Shown piece by piece: positions 8,016-17,800 of a stretch of DNA of 64,000 nt. The stretch covers positions 79,916-143,915 of the forward strand of contig UQSF01000001.1 of the NCBI GenBank assembly GCA_900543625.1, in the 5' to 3' direction. Made by a program: the position numbers and the translations under genes. The first letter of the stretch is position 1, and the number at the start of each line of letters is the position of its first letter. The notes below the pieces were generated by a model, which saw only the letters and a program-made list of their open reading frames with translations, had not been told where the DNA came from and did no database searches. The DNA is from an uncultured Eubacteriales bacterium. GTDB taxonomy: Bacteria; Bacillota; Clostridia; Oscillospirales; Oscillospiraceae.

Positions 8016-9902
8016 TCACCAGCCGATCAGCCGCGCCAGCGCCGTGAACGCCGCGCACAGCGCCATGCCCAGCGCCGTCGGCAGCAGCGCCGCCAGCAGC
8101 GTCCATTTTGCGCTGCCGGTCTCGCGCCGGATCGTCCAGAGCGTCGTCGAGCACGGCCAGTGCAGCAGGAAAAACAGCACGGCGCTCACGGCGGTCGTCC
8201 ACGTCCAGCCGTTTGCGGTCAGCAGCGCGTGCATCTGCGCCAGCCCCGGCACGTCGCCCAGACTGCCCTGCGCCAGATAGCCCATCACGGCGATCGGCAG
8301 CACGATCTCGTTGGCCGGAAAGCCGAGCACGAACGCCAGCAGCAGCACGCCGTCCATACCCATTGCCTGCCCGAGCGGGTCGAGCGCAGCCGCGCAGCGC
8401 GTCAGCAGGCTCACACCGCCAGGGTGCACGTTTGCCAGCGCCCACAGAACCATGCCCGCCGGCGCTGCCACGGCGGCGGCGCGCCCGAGCACGAACAGCG
8501 TCCGGTCGAAAACGGAGCGCACGAGCACCTGACCGACCTGCGGCGCGCGGTACGGCGGCAGCTCCAGCACGAAGGCCGACGGCTTGCCGCGCAGCACGGT
8601 CGCGCTCAGCAGCCACGTTGCGCTGAACGTCATCCCCACGCACAGCGTGAGCGCCGCCGTGAGCAGCAGCGCGGCGGTGAGCGTGCTGCCGCTGAGGGAA
8701 AAGAACATGGTCATGAGCGCGATGAGCGCCGGAAAGCGGCCGTTGCACGGCATGAGGCTGTTGGTGAGCACGGCGAGCAGCCGTTCGCGCTCGGAGTCGA
8801 TGATCCGGCAGCCGACCACACCCGCCGCGTTGCAGCCGAGCCCCATGCACATCGTCAGCGCCTGCTTGCCGCAGGCGCGGCACACCTGAAACGGCCGGTC
8901 GAGGTTGTACGCCACGCGCGGCAGATATCCCGCGTCCTCGAGCAGCGTGAACAGCGGGAAAAAGATCGCCATCGGCGGCAGCATCACGGCCACGACCCAA
9001 GCCAGCGTCCGGAACATGCCGTCCACCAGCAGCCCCTGCAGCCATGGCGGTGCGTGCAGGAATATCAGCAGCGCGGAAAACCGTCCCTGCACCCAGCCAA
9101 AAAAATGCGCCAGCCACTCCGACGGCGCGTTTGCGCCCGCGATCGTCAGCCACAGCACGGCCGCCAGCCCCAGCAGCATGATGGGGTAGCCGGTCGCGCG
9201 GCTCGTGAGCAGCCGGTCGAGCCGCCGGTCACGCGCGGCATATTCCGGCGTCTCCCGCCGGACGGCTGCACGGCAGATGGCCTCTGCGCGGCGAACATCG
9301 TCCGCTGGGTCTCCGGCCTCCGGCGCACCGTCCGGGCGCGGCTGCGGCGCGGCCATAACGGCGTCGAGCGCATCGAGCAGGGCGCGGAGCGTTTTCTTTT
9401 TCCGCGCCGTTACGCCCACGACCGGCATACCGAGCTGCGCCTGCAGCGCGGGCAGGTCGATGTGGATGCGTTTGTGCCGCGCCTCGTCGAGCAGATTCAC
9501 GCACACGATCGTGTTCGGCGTTACGCTGTGCATCTGCAGCGCGAGCACGAGCGTGCGCTCGAGACACGTCGCGTCGCACACGACGACCACGGCGTCCGCT
9601 TTACCGCCGCGCACAAAGTCGCACGCGACAGCCTCCTCCGCCGAGTGCGGCTGCAGCGAGTAGGTGCCCGGGAGGTCGACGAGCAGATACTGCTCCCGCG
9701 CCGAGCGGCAGCGTCCGCACGCGCAGCCGACGGTTTTCCCGGCCCAGTTTCCGGTGTGCTGGCGCATCCCGGTCAGGGCGTTGAAGACGGTGCTCTTGCC
9801 GACGTTCGGGTTGCCTGCCAGCGCCACGATGCGCTCGCCCGCGCGCCGTGTGCCGCCGAATGCGGCCGCGTGCGTGCCGACAGAGCGGTGTGTCAGTCCC
9901 AT
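8016..9902 (-). CDS. feoB: ferrous iron transporter FeoB (G-domain plus membrane domain)
   Basis: GNPNVGKST G1 motif, long polytopic C-terminus; ATG at 9902 with AGGAGG RBS (track ORF begins at GTG 9908). Confidence 0.9.
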   Translation of the reverse strand: MGLTHRSVGTHAAAFGGTRRAGERIVALAGNPNVGKSTVFNALTGMRQHTGNWAGKTVGCACGRCRSAREQYLLVDLPGTYSLQPHSAEEAVACDFVRGGKADAVVVVCDATCLERTLVLALQMHSVTPNTIVCVNLLDEARHKRIHIDLPALQAQLGMPVVGVTARKKKTLRALLDALDAVMAAPQPRPDGAPEAGDPADDVRRAEAICRAAVRRETPEYAARDRRLDRLLTSRATGYPIMLLGLAAVLWLTIAGANAPSEWLAHFFGWVQGRFSALLIFLHAPPWLQGLLVDGMFRTLAWVVAVMLPPMAIFFPLFTLLEDAGYLPRVAYNLDRPFQVCRACGKQALTMCMGLGCNAAGVVGCRIIDSERERLLAVLTNSLMPCNGRFPALIALMTMFFSLSGSTLTAALLLTAALTLCVGMTFSATWLLSATVLRGKPSAFVLELPPYRAPQVGQVLVRSVFDRTLFVLGRAAAVAAPAGMVLWALANVHPGGVSLLTRCAAALDPLGQAMGMDGVLLLAFVLGFPANEIVLPIAVMGYLAQGSLGDVPGLAQMHALLTANGWTWTTAVSAVLFFLLHWPCSTTLWTIRRETGSAKWTLLAALLPTALGMALCAAFTALARLIGW

Positions 9903-9915
9903 GTGCACACCTCCT

Positions 9916-10152
9916 CTACAGCACGGCCACGCGGATGGCGCGGCAGTCGCACCGGCGCAGCGCGATCACACTGCCGCGGATGAGATAGGCGCTCGGGTCG
10001 CCCATGGGGCTGCGGCCGAGACAGACCACGCGCGTCTGCTCGATCAGCCCGAGGTCGCGCAGCCGCCGCTGCATCCCGTCGGGCGCGCACACACTGCGCA
10101 CGGTCGCGCTTTGACCGGGCTGCAGGTCGCTGAGCGTTTGGATTCGTGTCAT
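9916..10152 (-). CDS. feoA: ferrous iron transport protein FeoA
   Basis: 78-aa SH3-like FeoA fold pattern; immediately upstream of feoB. Confidence 0.8.
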   Translation of the reverse strand: MTRIQTLSDLQPGQSATVRSVCAPDGMQRRLRDLGLIEQTRVVCLGRSPMGDPSAYLIRGSVIALRRCDCRAIRVAVL

Positions 10153-10291
10153 TGCAGCTTCCCCCTCCTGCGGAGGCGAGCGCCTCCCATACCCATGGTA
10201 TTCGACCGGGCGCTTTTGCGTGCCGGAGGATTGCGCGCGGGCGCCGGGTGTAGTATACTACAGGAAAATACCTGTATCAGGAGTGACCGAT

Positions 10292-10633
10292 ATGGCAGAG
10301 AAGCCGAAAACGAATGTGGACAAATTCTTTGAGATCTATGATGCCGACCCCGCGCTGCAGGCGCGCGTGCAGCAGGCGATGGACAGCTATCCCGGCAGTC
10401 TGGAGATCCGCGATGTCATGACCGAGCACGTGCTGCTGCCGGTGGCGGAGGAGCTCGGCCTGCCGTTCACGCTCAAGGAGCTGCGCAATTATGAGCTGCT
10501 CAAGTGGGGACGCCAGCATCAGGACCGGGAGCTGACGGACGAGGACATGGCGGTCGACTATGAGACGACCTATTGGCTGCTCGATCGCGGCTGGTCGAAC
10601 GATGAGGCTGCCTTCTGTGGCGGCGAGCATTGA
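10292..10633 (+). CDS. Nif11-like domain protein (113 aa)
   Basis: ATG 10292 with AGGAG RBS; N-terminus VDKFFEIYDADPALQARVQQA matches Nif11/N11P leader-type domain pattern. Confidence 0.5.
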   Translation: MAEKPKTNVDKFFEIYDADPALQARVQQAMDSYPGSLEIRDVMTEHVLLPVAEELGLPFTLKELRNYELLKWGRQHQDRELTDEDMAVDYETTYWLLDRGWSNDEAAFCGGEH

Positions 10634-10640
10634 GGTATGC

Positions 10641-10675
10641 AAAAAAGGCGCGCACCGGCTGGCGCGCGCCTTTGC
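10641..10675. terminator. bidirectional terminator between convergent genes
   Basis: AAAAAAGGCGCGCACCGGCTGGCGCGCGCCTTTGCC hairpin flanked by A-run and T-run. Confidence 0.6.
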
Positions 10676-10691
10676 CATATCCAAATCTTCT

Positions 10692-11465
10692 TTACAGCCG
10701 GCTGCGGATGTCCTCCACATCGCGCTTCACGCTCTGAATGAACAGCGCGGCGTCGAGGCTGTAGGCCATGGCGTCAAAGCCCTTGCGGAAGCCGTCGACC
10801 ACGCCATCAGCCGTGCCGGTGAAGAACATGCAGTACTTTCCGGCTGCGCGGCAGGCGGCGACGATGCGCGTGACGGCCGCCTGAAACTCGGGCGCGTCGA
10901 ACTGTCCCGGCATGCCCATCGAGATCGACAGGTCGAACGGTCCGACGAAGATGCCGTCCACGCCGTCCACGGCGCAGATGTCCTCGATGATGGCGAGCGC
11001 TTCGGCGGTCTCGCACTGCGGGAAGAGCAGGGTCTCGCCGTTGAAGTGGCGCATGGTCTCCGGCACGGAGCCGAGCCCGTCAAAGCCCCAGCCGTCCTTG
11101 CGCGACGGGCAGAAGCCCCGCTGACCGATGGGGTAATATTTCGCGTAGTTCACGAGCTCCTGCACCTGCGCAAGCGTCTTGACGTTCGGCACGATCAGGC
11201 CCTGAACACCGACGTCGAGCAGCTTGAGCACGGCGGGGCGGCTGATCTCGCGCACGCGCGCGAGCGGGCAGATGCCGCTCAGCTCGGAGGCACGCACGAG
11301 CGCGGCGGTGGTCTCTGCCTCGATGGGGGAGTGCTCGTTGTCGATGATGGCAAAGTCGAGCCCCGTGCGGCCGAGACACTCCATAAGGCTCACGCTGGCT
11401 GTGTCAAAAAAGGTGCCGATAGGCCGCGCGCCGGCGGCGAGCTTCTGTTTGAGTGTGTTTTCCAT
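10692..11465 (-). CDS. HpcH/HpaI-family aldolase (2-keto-3-deoxy acid aldolase)
   Basis: 257 aa starting MENTLKQ, with AAGGAGGA RBS; family-typical GxxDxxxS and PxVE segments. Confidence 0.75.
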   Translation of the reverse strand: MENTLKQKLAAGARPIGTFFDTASVSLMECLGRTGLDFAIIDNEHSPIEAETTAALVRASELSGICPLARVREISRPAVLKLLDVGVQGLIVPNVKTLAQVQELVNYAKYYPIGQRGFCPSRKDGWGFDGLGSVPETMRHFNGETLLFPQCETAEALAIIEDICAVDGVDGIFVGPFDLSISMGMPGQFDAPEFQAAVTRIVAACRAAGKYCMFFTGTADGVVDGFRKGFDAMAYSLDAALFIQSVKRDVEDIRSRL

Positions 11466-11588
11466 GCGGATTCCTCCTTGTCTTGTCTCAATGGCCCGAT
11501 TATACGTGCATTTTGGCGGGATGGCAAGTGCCGCGCCGCGCACATTTGCGCCCGCCGCATAGGGAATAGCGGGACAGGAGGTGAGGGC

Positions 11589-11828
11589 ATGGAACTCGGC
11601 ATTGCATCCGTGGCGGCGATCACGGCCATTGCGTACCTGGTTGGCATGGCGGTCAAGACGACCGGTGCACGATTGGCTCAACACTGCCGCTGTCGGCATC
11701 GCGTCCGGCTGGGCCGCGACTGGCGTGCACCAGAGCGTGAAGCAGCTGACAAAACAGGAGCAGCTGCGCCAACACGCCGGGGGGTGCGCGCGTCGGCGTG
11801 TTGCTGCATGTGCGGATGTGTGTTATGA
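11589..11828 (+). pseudogene. possible frameshifted small two-TM membrane protein
   Basis: GGAGGTGAGGGC RBS + ATG; MELGIASVAAITAIAYLVGMAVKTTG is protein-like, then the frame turns Arg-rich while the +1 frame continues protein-like (LNTAAVGIASGWAATGVHQSVKQLTKQEQL). Confidence 0.25.
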
Positions 11829-11861
11829 TAGGGCCATCGAATGGATTTGGAGAGGTGACAA

Positions 11862-12353
11862 ATGCGCGTGGAAGAATACGATCTCTGCTTTTCGCCGCCG
11901 CTGCCGCCTACGGTCTGGGGCGAGCTCAGTCTTTGCTTTGATGTGGATTTCCCGATCGACACGGTTTCTTCCATCCTTGGTGTGCAGCCGACAGAGGCCA
12001 AACGGCAGCGGGCGTGCCGGTGGAATGCATATGCGGGCACGCAGAACCCGGGATACTGGACGATCACGTTTGACAAGACCGACACGTTTGATGGTGACGT
12101 TGTCCAGCGGACGATACATACTTTTATCGCAGAACACGAACGGGCGCTGCATCAGGTCCTGGAGCGGTTTCAGCCGTGCACGATGTTCTTGACGATTTAT
12201 GCCGCAGTGCATCAGGACGGAGAATATCCGTCCATTCGGCTAAACCCGTATTTTCTGCAGGATGCCTGCCGGTTTAGCGCGAGCGTGGATATCATTGTAG
12301 ATAATGATTATGTGCGCGCAGAGCCGGATGGCGGCAATCATGCGGAGCGGTGA
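11862..12353 (+). CDS. hypothetical protein, DUF4279-like
   Basis: 163-aa ORF with GGAGAGGTG RBS; overall pattern resembles DUF4279 family proteins. Confidence 0.45.
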   Translation: MRVEEYDLCFSPPLPPTVWGELSLCFDVDFPIDTVSSILGVQPTEAKRQRACRWNAYAGTQNPGYWTITFDKTDTFDGDVVQRTIHTFIAEHERALHQVLERFQPCTMFLTIYAAVHQDGEYPSIRLNPYFLQDACRFSASVDIIVDNDYVRAEPDGGNHAER

Positions 12354-12460
12354 AATAAACGATGGCCATGCGCCAGCACATTTTACAGTGAAGTGAATAG
12401 TGAAGAGTGAAGAACGAAAAAGTAAAAATCTGCAAGCGCGCTGCGATGCTTGCAGATTTT

Positions 12461-12479
12461 TGGTGCTCCAGCGGGGATT
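12461..12479 (-). repeat. partial duplicate of tRNA-Lys 3' end (acceptor and T-stem), possible att-site scar
   Basis: TTTTTGGTGCTCCAGCGGGGATT occurs at 12456-12479 and again as the true 3' end of tRNA-Lys at 12555-12578; each preceded by a terminator hairpin. Confidence 0.55.
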
Positions 12480-12559
12480 TCCCCTGACGGGGATAAACTT
12501 CGACTCCCCGGGAGCGACCAGAAAAAATATCCCCCGCCGAAAGGCGAGGGATATTTTTT

Positions 12560-12635
12560 TGGTGCTCCAGCGGGGATTCGAACCCCGGACACCCTGCTTA
12601 AAAGGCAGGTGCTCTGCCTACTGAGCTACTGGGGC
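12560..12635 (-). tRNA. tRNA-Lys (anticodon TTT)
   Basis: 76-nt cloverleaf by eye; anticodon loop CTTTTAA; GGTTCGAATCC T-loop; CCA encoded. Confidence 0.9.
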
Positions 12636-12669
12636 ATATCGGTGTGAAAAGTTATCCGCTATCCAAAAT

Positions 12670-12760
12670 ATCAGACGCACCCAACAAATACTCAGACGCG
12701 AATCCAGCGAGAAATCCGCACCCAACAGATACTCAGACGCGAATCCAGCGAAGCGATTCG
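12670..12760. repeat. tandem direct repeat (2 copies of ~34 bp, period 41 bp) in the tRNA operon spacer
   Basis: GCACCCAACAAATACTCAGACGCGAATCCAGCGA at 12677 and GCACCCAACAGATACTCAGACGCGAATCCAGCGA at 12718. Confidence 0.6.
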
Positions 12761-12839
12761 CGGCTGAAGAAGGAGCTGGTGTTCGGAAACGGATGCTTTC
12801 TGCTTGCAGGAAGCAGGAGTTGGAAGAACATCAGCGACG

Positions 12840-12911
12840 TGGCTGGGATGGCGGGATTCGAACCCACGATATCAGAGTCAAAGTCTGGTGTGTTACCATT
12901 ACACTACATCC
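12840..12911 (-). tRNA. tRNA-Gln (anticodon TTG)
   Basis: 72 nt; acceptor TGGGATG/CATCCCA; anticodon loop CTTTGAC; CCA encoded. Confidence 0.85.
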
Positions 12912-12964
12912 CAATATCGGGGCAAAAATCATCGGGGATCGGGATCACTCCCAATCCCCGATTT

Positions 12965-13041
12965 CGTGGGGTGGGTAAAGGGGTTCGAACCCTCGACACC
13001 CGGAACCACAATCCGGTGCTCTCCCGACTGAGCTATACCCA
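12965..13041 (-). tRNA. tRNA-His (anticodon GTG) with encoded G-1
   Basis: extra 5' G pairing with discriminator C73; anticodon loop TTGTGGT; CCA encoded. Confidence 0.9.
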
Positions 13042-13053
13042 CCATAGGTCTGA

Positions 13054-13130
<77 letters not shown>

Positions 13131-13163
13131 GCGCATGCAATATTTGGCTGCCCGCCCAGAAGG

Positions 13164-13237
13164 TATGGAGCGGGTGATGGGAATCGAACCCACGTATCCA
13201 GCTTGGAAGGCTGGTGTTCTACCATTGAACTACACCC
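13164..13237 (-). tRNA. tRNA-Gly (anticodon TCC)
   Basis: 74 nt; acceptor GCGGGTG/CACCCGC; anticodon loop CTTCCAA; CCA encoded. Confidence 0.9.
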
Positions 13238-13264
13238 GCAGAGGTCGTCCCACAATCAGCTTTA

Positions 13265-13294
13265 CGAATATATCATCTCCGGATGGGGTTTGTC
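13265..13294 (-). promoter_or_regulatory. candidate sigma-A promoter of the tRNA operon
   Basis: minus strand TTGACA-18 bp-TATATT about 30 bp upstream of tRNA-Gly. Confidence 0.5.
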
Positions 13295-13329
13295 AAGCAT
13301 AACCTTTCCAAAATTCGAAAATTTCGAAA

Positions 13330-13364
13330 AAAAGCGGGGACAGCGCCGGCTGTCCCCGTTTTTT
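13330..13364 (-). terminator. rho-independent terminator of the DUF1846 gene
   Basis: CGGGGACA-GCGCCGGC-TGTCCCCG hairpin followed by T-run on minus strand, just after the stop. Confidence 0.6.
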
Positions 13365-14849
13365 TCAGTGATGAAAGAGCTTTTTGGTCTGGAAATGCGG
13401 CTCAAACGTGATGTTGACCTCGAGCTTCTTGAACACATTCTCGTCCACGTGCGAGAGAATGACGGACGAGTGCGCCTCACAGTGCGCGAGCTTTGCCAGC
13501 TGCTGCATGGCGATCTCGGCGGTCGGGTCGCTTGCGGCGCAGATGCTCAGCGCGACGAGCACCTCGTCGGTGTGCAGGCGCGGGTTGTGATTGCCGAGGT
13601 GTTCGACCTTCAGATGCTGGATCGGCTCGATGATGTCGGGCGAGATGAGCGTGACGTCCTTCGGGATGCCGCCAAGGTACTTGAGCGCATTGAGCAGGCA
13701 GGCGGAGCTCGCGCCGAGCAGGGAGGAGGTCTTGCCGGTGATGATCGTGCCGTCGGGCATCTCGATAGCGACGGCGGGGGCACCGGTCTCCTCGGCGCGT
13801 TTGAGCGCCGCGCCCACGACCGGGCGGTCATCCGCCGTCAGACCGAGCTGGTTGAGCAGCAGCTCCTGCCGCTGCGTCTCGACCGGGGCGCACAGACCGC
13901 GCAGCTGCGCGCAGGCGGTGGCGTAGTAGCGGCGCAGAATTTCCTGTTTGGCGGCGGCGCAGCAGACATCGTCGTCGCTGATGCAGTAGCCCGCCATGTT
14001 CACGCCCATGTCCGTGGGGCTCTTATAGGGCGAGCTGCCGTAGATGCGCTGGAACATGGCGTTGAGCACGGGGAAGATCTCCACGTCACGGTTGTAGTTG
14101 ACGGTCGTCACGCCGTAGGCCTCGAGATGGAAGGGGTCGATCATGTTCACGTCGTCCAGATCGACGGTCGCGGCCTCGTAGGCGAGGTTCACGGGGTGGC
14201 GCAGCGGCAGATTCCAGATCGGGAACGTCTCGAACTTGGCGTAGCCCGCGCGCACGCCGCGCTTGTGCTCGTGGTAGAGCTGGCTCAGGCAGGTGGCCAT
14301 CTTGCCGCTGCCGGGGCCGGGCGCAGTCACGACAATGAGGCTGCGTGTCGTCTCGATGTAGTCGTTGCGGCCGAAGCCGTCGTCGCTGACGATGCGCGCG
14401 ATGTCGGACGGGTAGTCCGGGATGATGTAGTGGCGGTATACGCGGATGCCGAGCATCTCGAGCCGGTGCTGGAATTTCTCCGCCGCCGTCTGCCCGCGGT
14501 AGTGCGTGATGACGATGCTGCCGACATAGAGCCCGCAGCCCTGAAAGGCGTCGATCAGGCGCAGCGTGTCGTCGTCATAGGTGATGCCGAGGTCGCCGCG
14601 GCGCTTGCTGCGCTCGATGTCGTCGGCCGAGATGGCGATGATGATCTCCGCCTCGTCGCGCATCTCCATGAGCATGCGCACCTTGCTGTCCGGTGCAAAG
14701 CCCGGCAGCACGCGCGACGCGTGGTAGTCGTCGAAGAGCTTGCCGCCGAACTCCAGATACAGCTTGCCGCCGAACTGACTGATGCGCTCGCGGATCTTTT
14801 CCGACTGCATCCGGAGGTATTTATTGTTGTCAAAGCCGATTGCCTGCAT
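13365..14849 (-). CDS. DUF1846 (UPF0371) family protein
   Basis: 494 aa starting MQAIGFDNNKYL, with GAGGAGAGG RBS; large conserved Firmicutes protein of unknown function. Confidence 0.7.
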   Translation of the reverse strand: MQAIGFDNNKYLRMQSEKIRERISQFGGKLYLEFGGKLFDDYHASRVLPGFAPDSKVRMLMEMRDEAEIIIAISADDIERSKRRGDLGITYDDDTLRLIDAFQGCGLYVGSIVITHYRGQTAAEKFQHRLEMLGIRVYRHYIIPDYPSDIARIVSDDGFGRNDYIETTRSLIVVTAPGPGSGKMATCLSQLYHEHKRGVRAGYAKFETFPIWNLPLRHPVNLAYEAATVDLDDVNMIDPFHLEAYGVTTVNYNRDVEIFPVLNAMFQRIYGSSPYKSPTDMGVNMAGYCISDDDVCCAAAKQEILRRYYATACAQLRGLCAPVETQRQELLLNQLGLTADDRPVVGAALKRAEETGAPAVAIEMPDGTIITGKTSSLLGASSACLLNALKYLGGIPKDVTLISPDIIEPIQHLKVEHLGNHNPRLHTDEVLVALSICAASDPTAEIAMQQLAKLAHCEAHSSVILSHVDENVFKKLEVNITFEPHFQTKKLFHH

Positions 14850-15031
14850 AGATGTTCCTCTCCTCTGCTTCATGCTATCAAACAAACAACTTATTCTACA
14901 ACATTCGGCGCATTCCGGCAACGGGAAAATACCGAATCCGGTAAAATTTTATTGCCGCGCCGATTCGCCCTTTCTTTATTCATAAATATATGATATAATC
15001 CGGAATTACACTGGACAAGGAGTGTCAACAA

Positions 15032-17800
15032 ATGGGTTTTCTCAAAAAAATATTTGGTTCTCACAGCGACCATGAGCTCAAGCGGCTCTATCCGCTTGCT
15101 GATAAGATCGATGCCCTGTCGGACGAATACGCCGCGCTCACGGATGAGCAGCTGCGCGCCAAGACCGACGAATTCAAGCAGCGCTACGCCGAAGGCGCGT
15201 CGCTCGACGACCTGCTGCCGGAGGCGTTTGCCACGGCACGCGAGGCCTCGTGGCGCGTGCTCGGCATGAAGCCGTTTCGCGTGCAGCTCATCGGCGGCAT
15301 CGTGCTGCATCAGGGCCGCATCGCGGAGATGAAGACCGGCGAGGGCAAGACCCTCGTCGCCGTTCTGCCGGCCTACCTCAACGCGCTCACCGGTGAGGGC
15401 GTGCACATCGTCACCGTCAACGACTACCTCGCCCGCCGCGACAGTGAGTGGATGGGCAAGGTCTACCGCTTCCTCGGGCTGAGCGTCGGCCTGATCGTGC
15501 ACGATATGTCGAGCGCCGAGCGCCAGCAGGCGTATGCCGCCGACATCACCTACGGCACGAACAACGAGATGGGCTTTGACTACCTGCGTGACAACATGGC
15601 CATCTACAAATCCCAGATGGTGCAGCGCGGCCACGCGTTCGCCATCGTTGACGAGGTGGACTCCATCCTCATCGACGAGGCGCGCACGCCGCTCATCATC
15701 TCCGGTCAGGGTGATGAGAGCACCGACCTCTACCGTCAGGCGGAGAACTTTGCCGCCCGCCTCAAATGCAAGGCCTACGCCTCCATCGACGACAAGGAAG
15801 AGGAGGACGAGGATCTTGACGCCGACTATGTCGTCGACGAGAAGGCGCGCACCGCGACGCTCACCGCCCGCGGCATCGCCAAGGCGGAGGCGGCCTTCGG
15901 ACTGGAAAACCTCGCCGACATCGAAAATGCCACCCTCGTGCACCACATCGATCAGGCCATCCGCGCCCACGGCATCATGAAGCGCGACATTGACTACGTC
16001 GTCAAGGACGGCGAGGTCATCATCGTCGATGAATTCACTGGCCGCCTCATGCTCGGCCGCCGCTACAGCGACGGTCTGCATCAGGCCATCGAGGCCAAGG
16101 AGCACGTGCGTGTGCAGAGCGAGAACAAGACGCTCGCGACCATCACGTTCCAGAACTACTTCCGCCTCTATGGCAAGCTCTCCGGCATGACCGGCACGGC
16201 CATGACCGAGGAGGAGGAGTTTGCCGCCATCTACAATCTCGACATCATCGAGATCCCGACGAACAAGCCCGTCATCCGCATCGACAACCCCGACGTCGTG
16301 TATAAAAACGAGGCCGGCAAGCTGCGCGCCATCATCGAGCAGATCCGCGTCTGCCACGAGAAGGGGCAGCCGGTGCTGGTCGGTACGGTGTCGATCGAAA
16401 AGAGCGAGCAGCTGTCAAAGCTGCTGCGTAAGGCGGGCATCCCGCACAACGTCCTCAACGCCAAGCACCACGAGAAGGAGGCCGAGATCGTCGCGCAGGC
16501 CGGTAAGTTCGGCGCCGTCACGATCGCGACGAACATGGCCGGCCGCGGCACGGATATCATGCTCGGCGGCAACGCGGAGTATCTGGCCAAGGCGGACCTG
16601 CGCAAGGCGGGCTTCACCGAGGAGGTCATTGCCGAGGCCACCGGCTATGCCGAGACTGAGGATGAGGAGATCCTCAAGGCCCGCGCCCTGTTCGCCGAGC
16701 GCATGGCCGAGCACAAAAAGAGCATCGACGCCGAGGCCGACCGCGTGCGCGAGGCCGGCGGCCTGTATATCATCGGCACCGAGCGGCACGAGTCCCGCCG
16801 CATCGACAACCAGCTGCGCGGCCGTTCCGGCCGCCAGGGCGACCCCGGCGAGAGCCGCTTTTACATCGCGCTCACGGACGACGTCATGCGTCTGTTCGGC
16901 TCCGAGCGGATGCAGAGCATGATGGAGACGCTGCGCGTCGACGAGGACACGCCGCTCGACCACAAGATGCTCTCCAACGCCATCGAGCAGGCACAGCGCA
17001 CGGTCGAGAGCCGCAACTTCCAGGCACGTAAGAACGTGCTCGAATACGACGATGTCATGAACGTGCAGCGCAACGTCATCTATGAAGAGCGCCGCAAGGT
17101 GCTCGACGGCGAGGATCTGCAGGAGCATGTCCAGCACATGATCCGCACCGTTGTCACCGGCGAGATCGCCGCCGGCATGGCTGAGCATCACCCCGAAAAC
17201 GACAAGGATCTGCAGGAGATCCTTGCGCCCATGGCAAAGCTCTTCCCGTGCGAGCTGCACTACACGGCGGATGAGCTGCGCAAGCTCACGCCCGACGCGC
17301 TCGCGGATGCGGTCTATGACTGCGCCATGAAAGCCTATGCCGCGCGCGAGGAGACCTTCGGCCTGCAGCCGGACGGAACGCCGCTCATGCGCGAGCTTGA
17401 GCGCGTGGTCATGCTGCGCGTGGTCGACGAATACTGGATGGATCACCTCGAGGCCATGGATGACCTGCGTCAGGGCATCGGCCTGCGCGCCTACGGCAAC
17501 GTCAAACCGGTCGATGAGTATAAGCGCGCCGGCTTTGATATGTTCGATGAGATGGTCAACGGCATCCAGACCGAGACGGTGCGCCGCCTGTTCACGGTGC
17601 GCGTGCGCCGCGAGCAGAAGCTCGAGCGCAAGACCGTTGCCCGCGGCGCCGTGGCCAATGCCGGCGGGGACGACAGCGAGAAGAAGCGCCCCGTCCGCCG
17701 TACCAAGAAGCCCGGCCGCAACGACCCGTGCCCGTGCGGCAAGCTGCGTCCGAACGGTCTGCCCATGAAGTATAAAGACTGCTGCGGCAAGGATCAGTGA
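15032..17800 (+). CDS. secA: preprotein translocase ATPase SecA
   Basis: 922 aa; DEAD-like motor, C-terminal Zn-binding CPCG...C tail. Confidence 0.95.
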   Translation: MGFLKKIFGSHSDHELKRLYPLADKIDALSDEYAALTDEQLRAKTDEFKQRYAEGASLDDLLPEAFATAREASWRVLGMKPFRVQLIGGIVLHQGRIAEMKTGEGKTLVAVLPAYLNALTGEGVHIVTVNDYLARRDSEWMGKVYRFLGLSVGLIVHDMSSAERQQAYAADITYGTNNEMGFDYLRDNMAIYKSQMVQRGHAFAIVDEVDSILIDEARTPLIISGQGDESTDLYRQAENFAARLKCKAYASIDDKEEEDEDLDADYVVDEKARTATLTARGIAKAEAAFGLENLADIENATLVHHIDQAIRAHGIMKRDIDYVVKDGEVIIVDEFTGRLMLGRRYSDGLHQAIEAKEHVRVQSENKTLATITFQNYFRLYGKLSGMTGTAMTEEEEFAAIYNLDIIEIPTNKPVIRIDNPDVVYKNEAGKLRAIIEQIRVCHEKGQPVLVGTVSIEKSEQLSKLLRKAGIPHNVLNAKHHEKEAEIVAQAGKFGAVTIATNMAGRGTDIMLGGNAEYLAKADLRKAGFTEEVIAEATGYAETEDEEILKARALFAERMAEHKKSIDAEADRVREAGGLYIIGTERHESRRIDNQLRGRSGRQGDPGESRFYIALTDDVMRLFGSERMQSMMETLRVDEDTPLDHKMLSNAIEQAQRTVESRNFQARKNVLEYDDVMNVQRNVIYEERRKVLDGEDLQEHVQHMIRTVVTGEIAAGMAEHHPENDKDLQEILAPMAKLFPCELHYTADELRKLTPDALADAVYDCAMKAYAAREETFGLQPDGTPLMRELERVVMLRVVDEYWMDHLEAMDDLRQGIGLRAYGNVKPVDEYKRAGFDMFDEMVNGIQTETVRRLFTVRVRREQKLERKTVARGAVANAGGDDSEKKRPVRRTKKPGRNDPCPCGKLRPNGLPMKYKDCCGKDQ

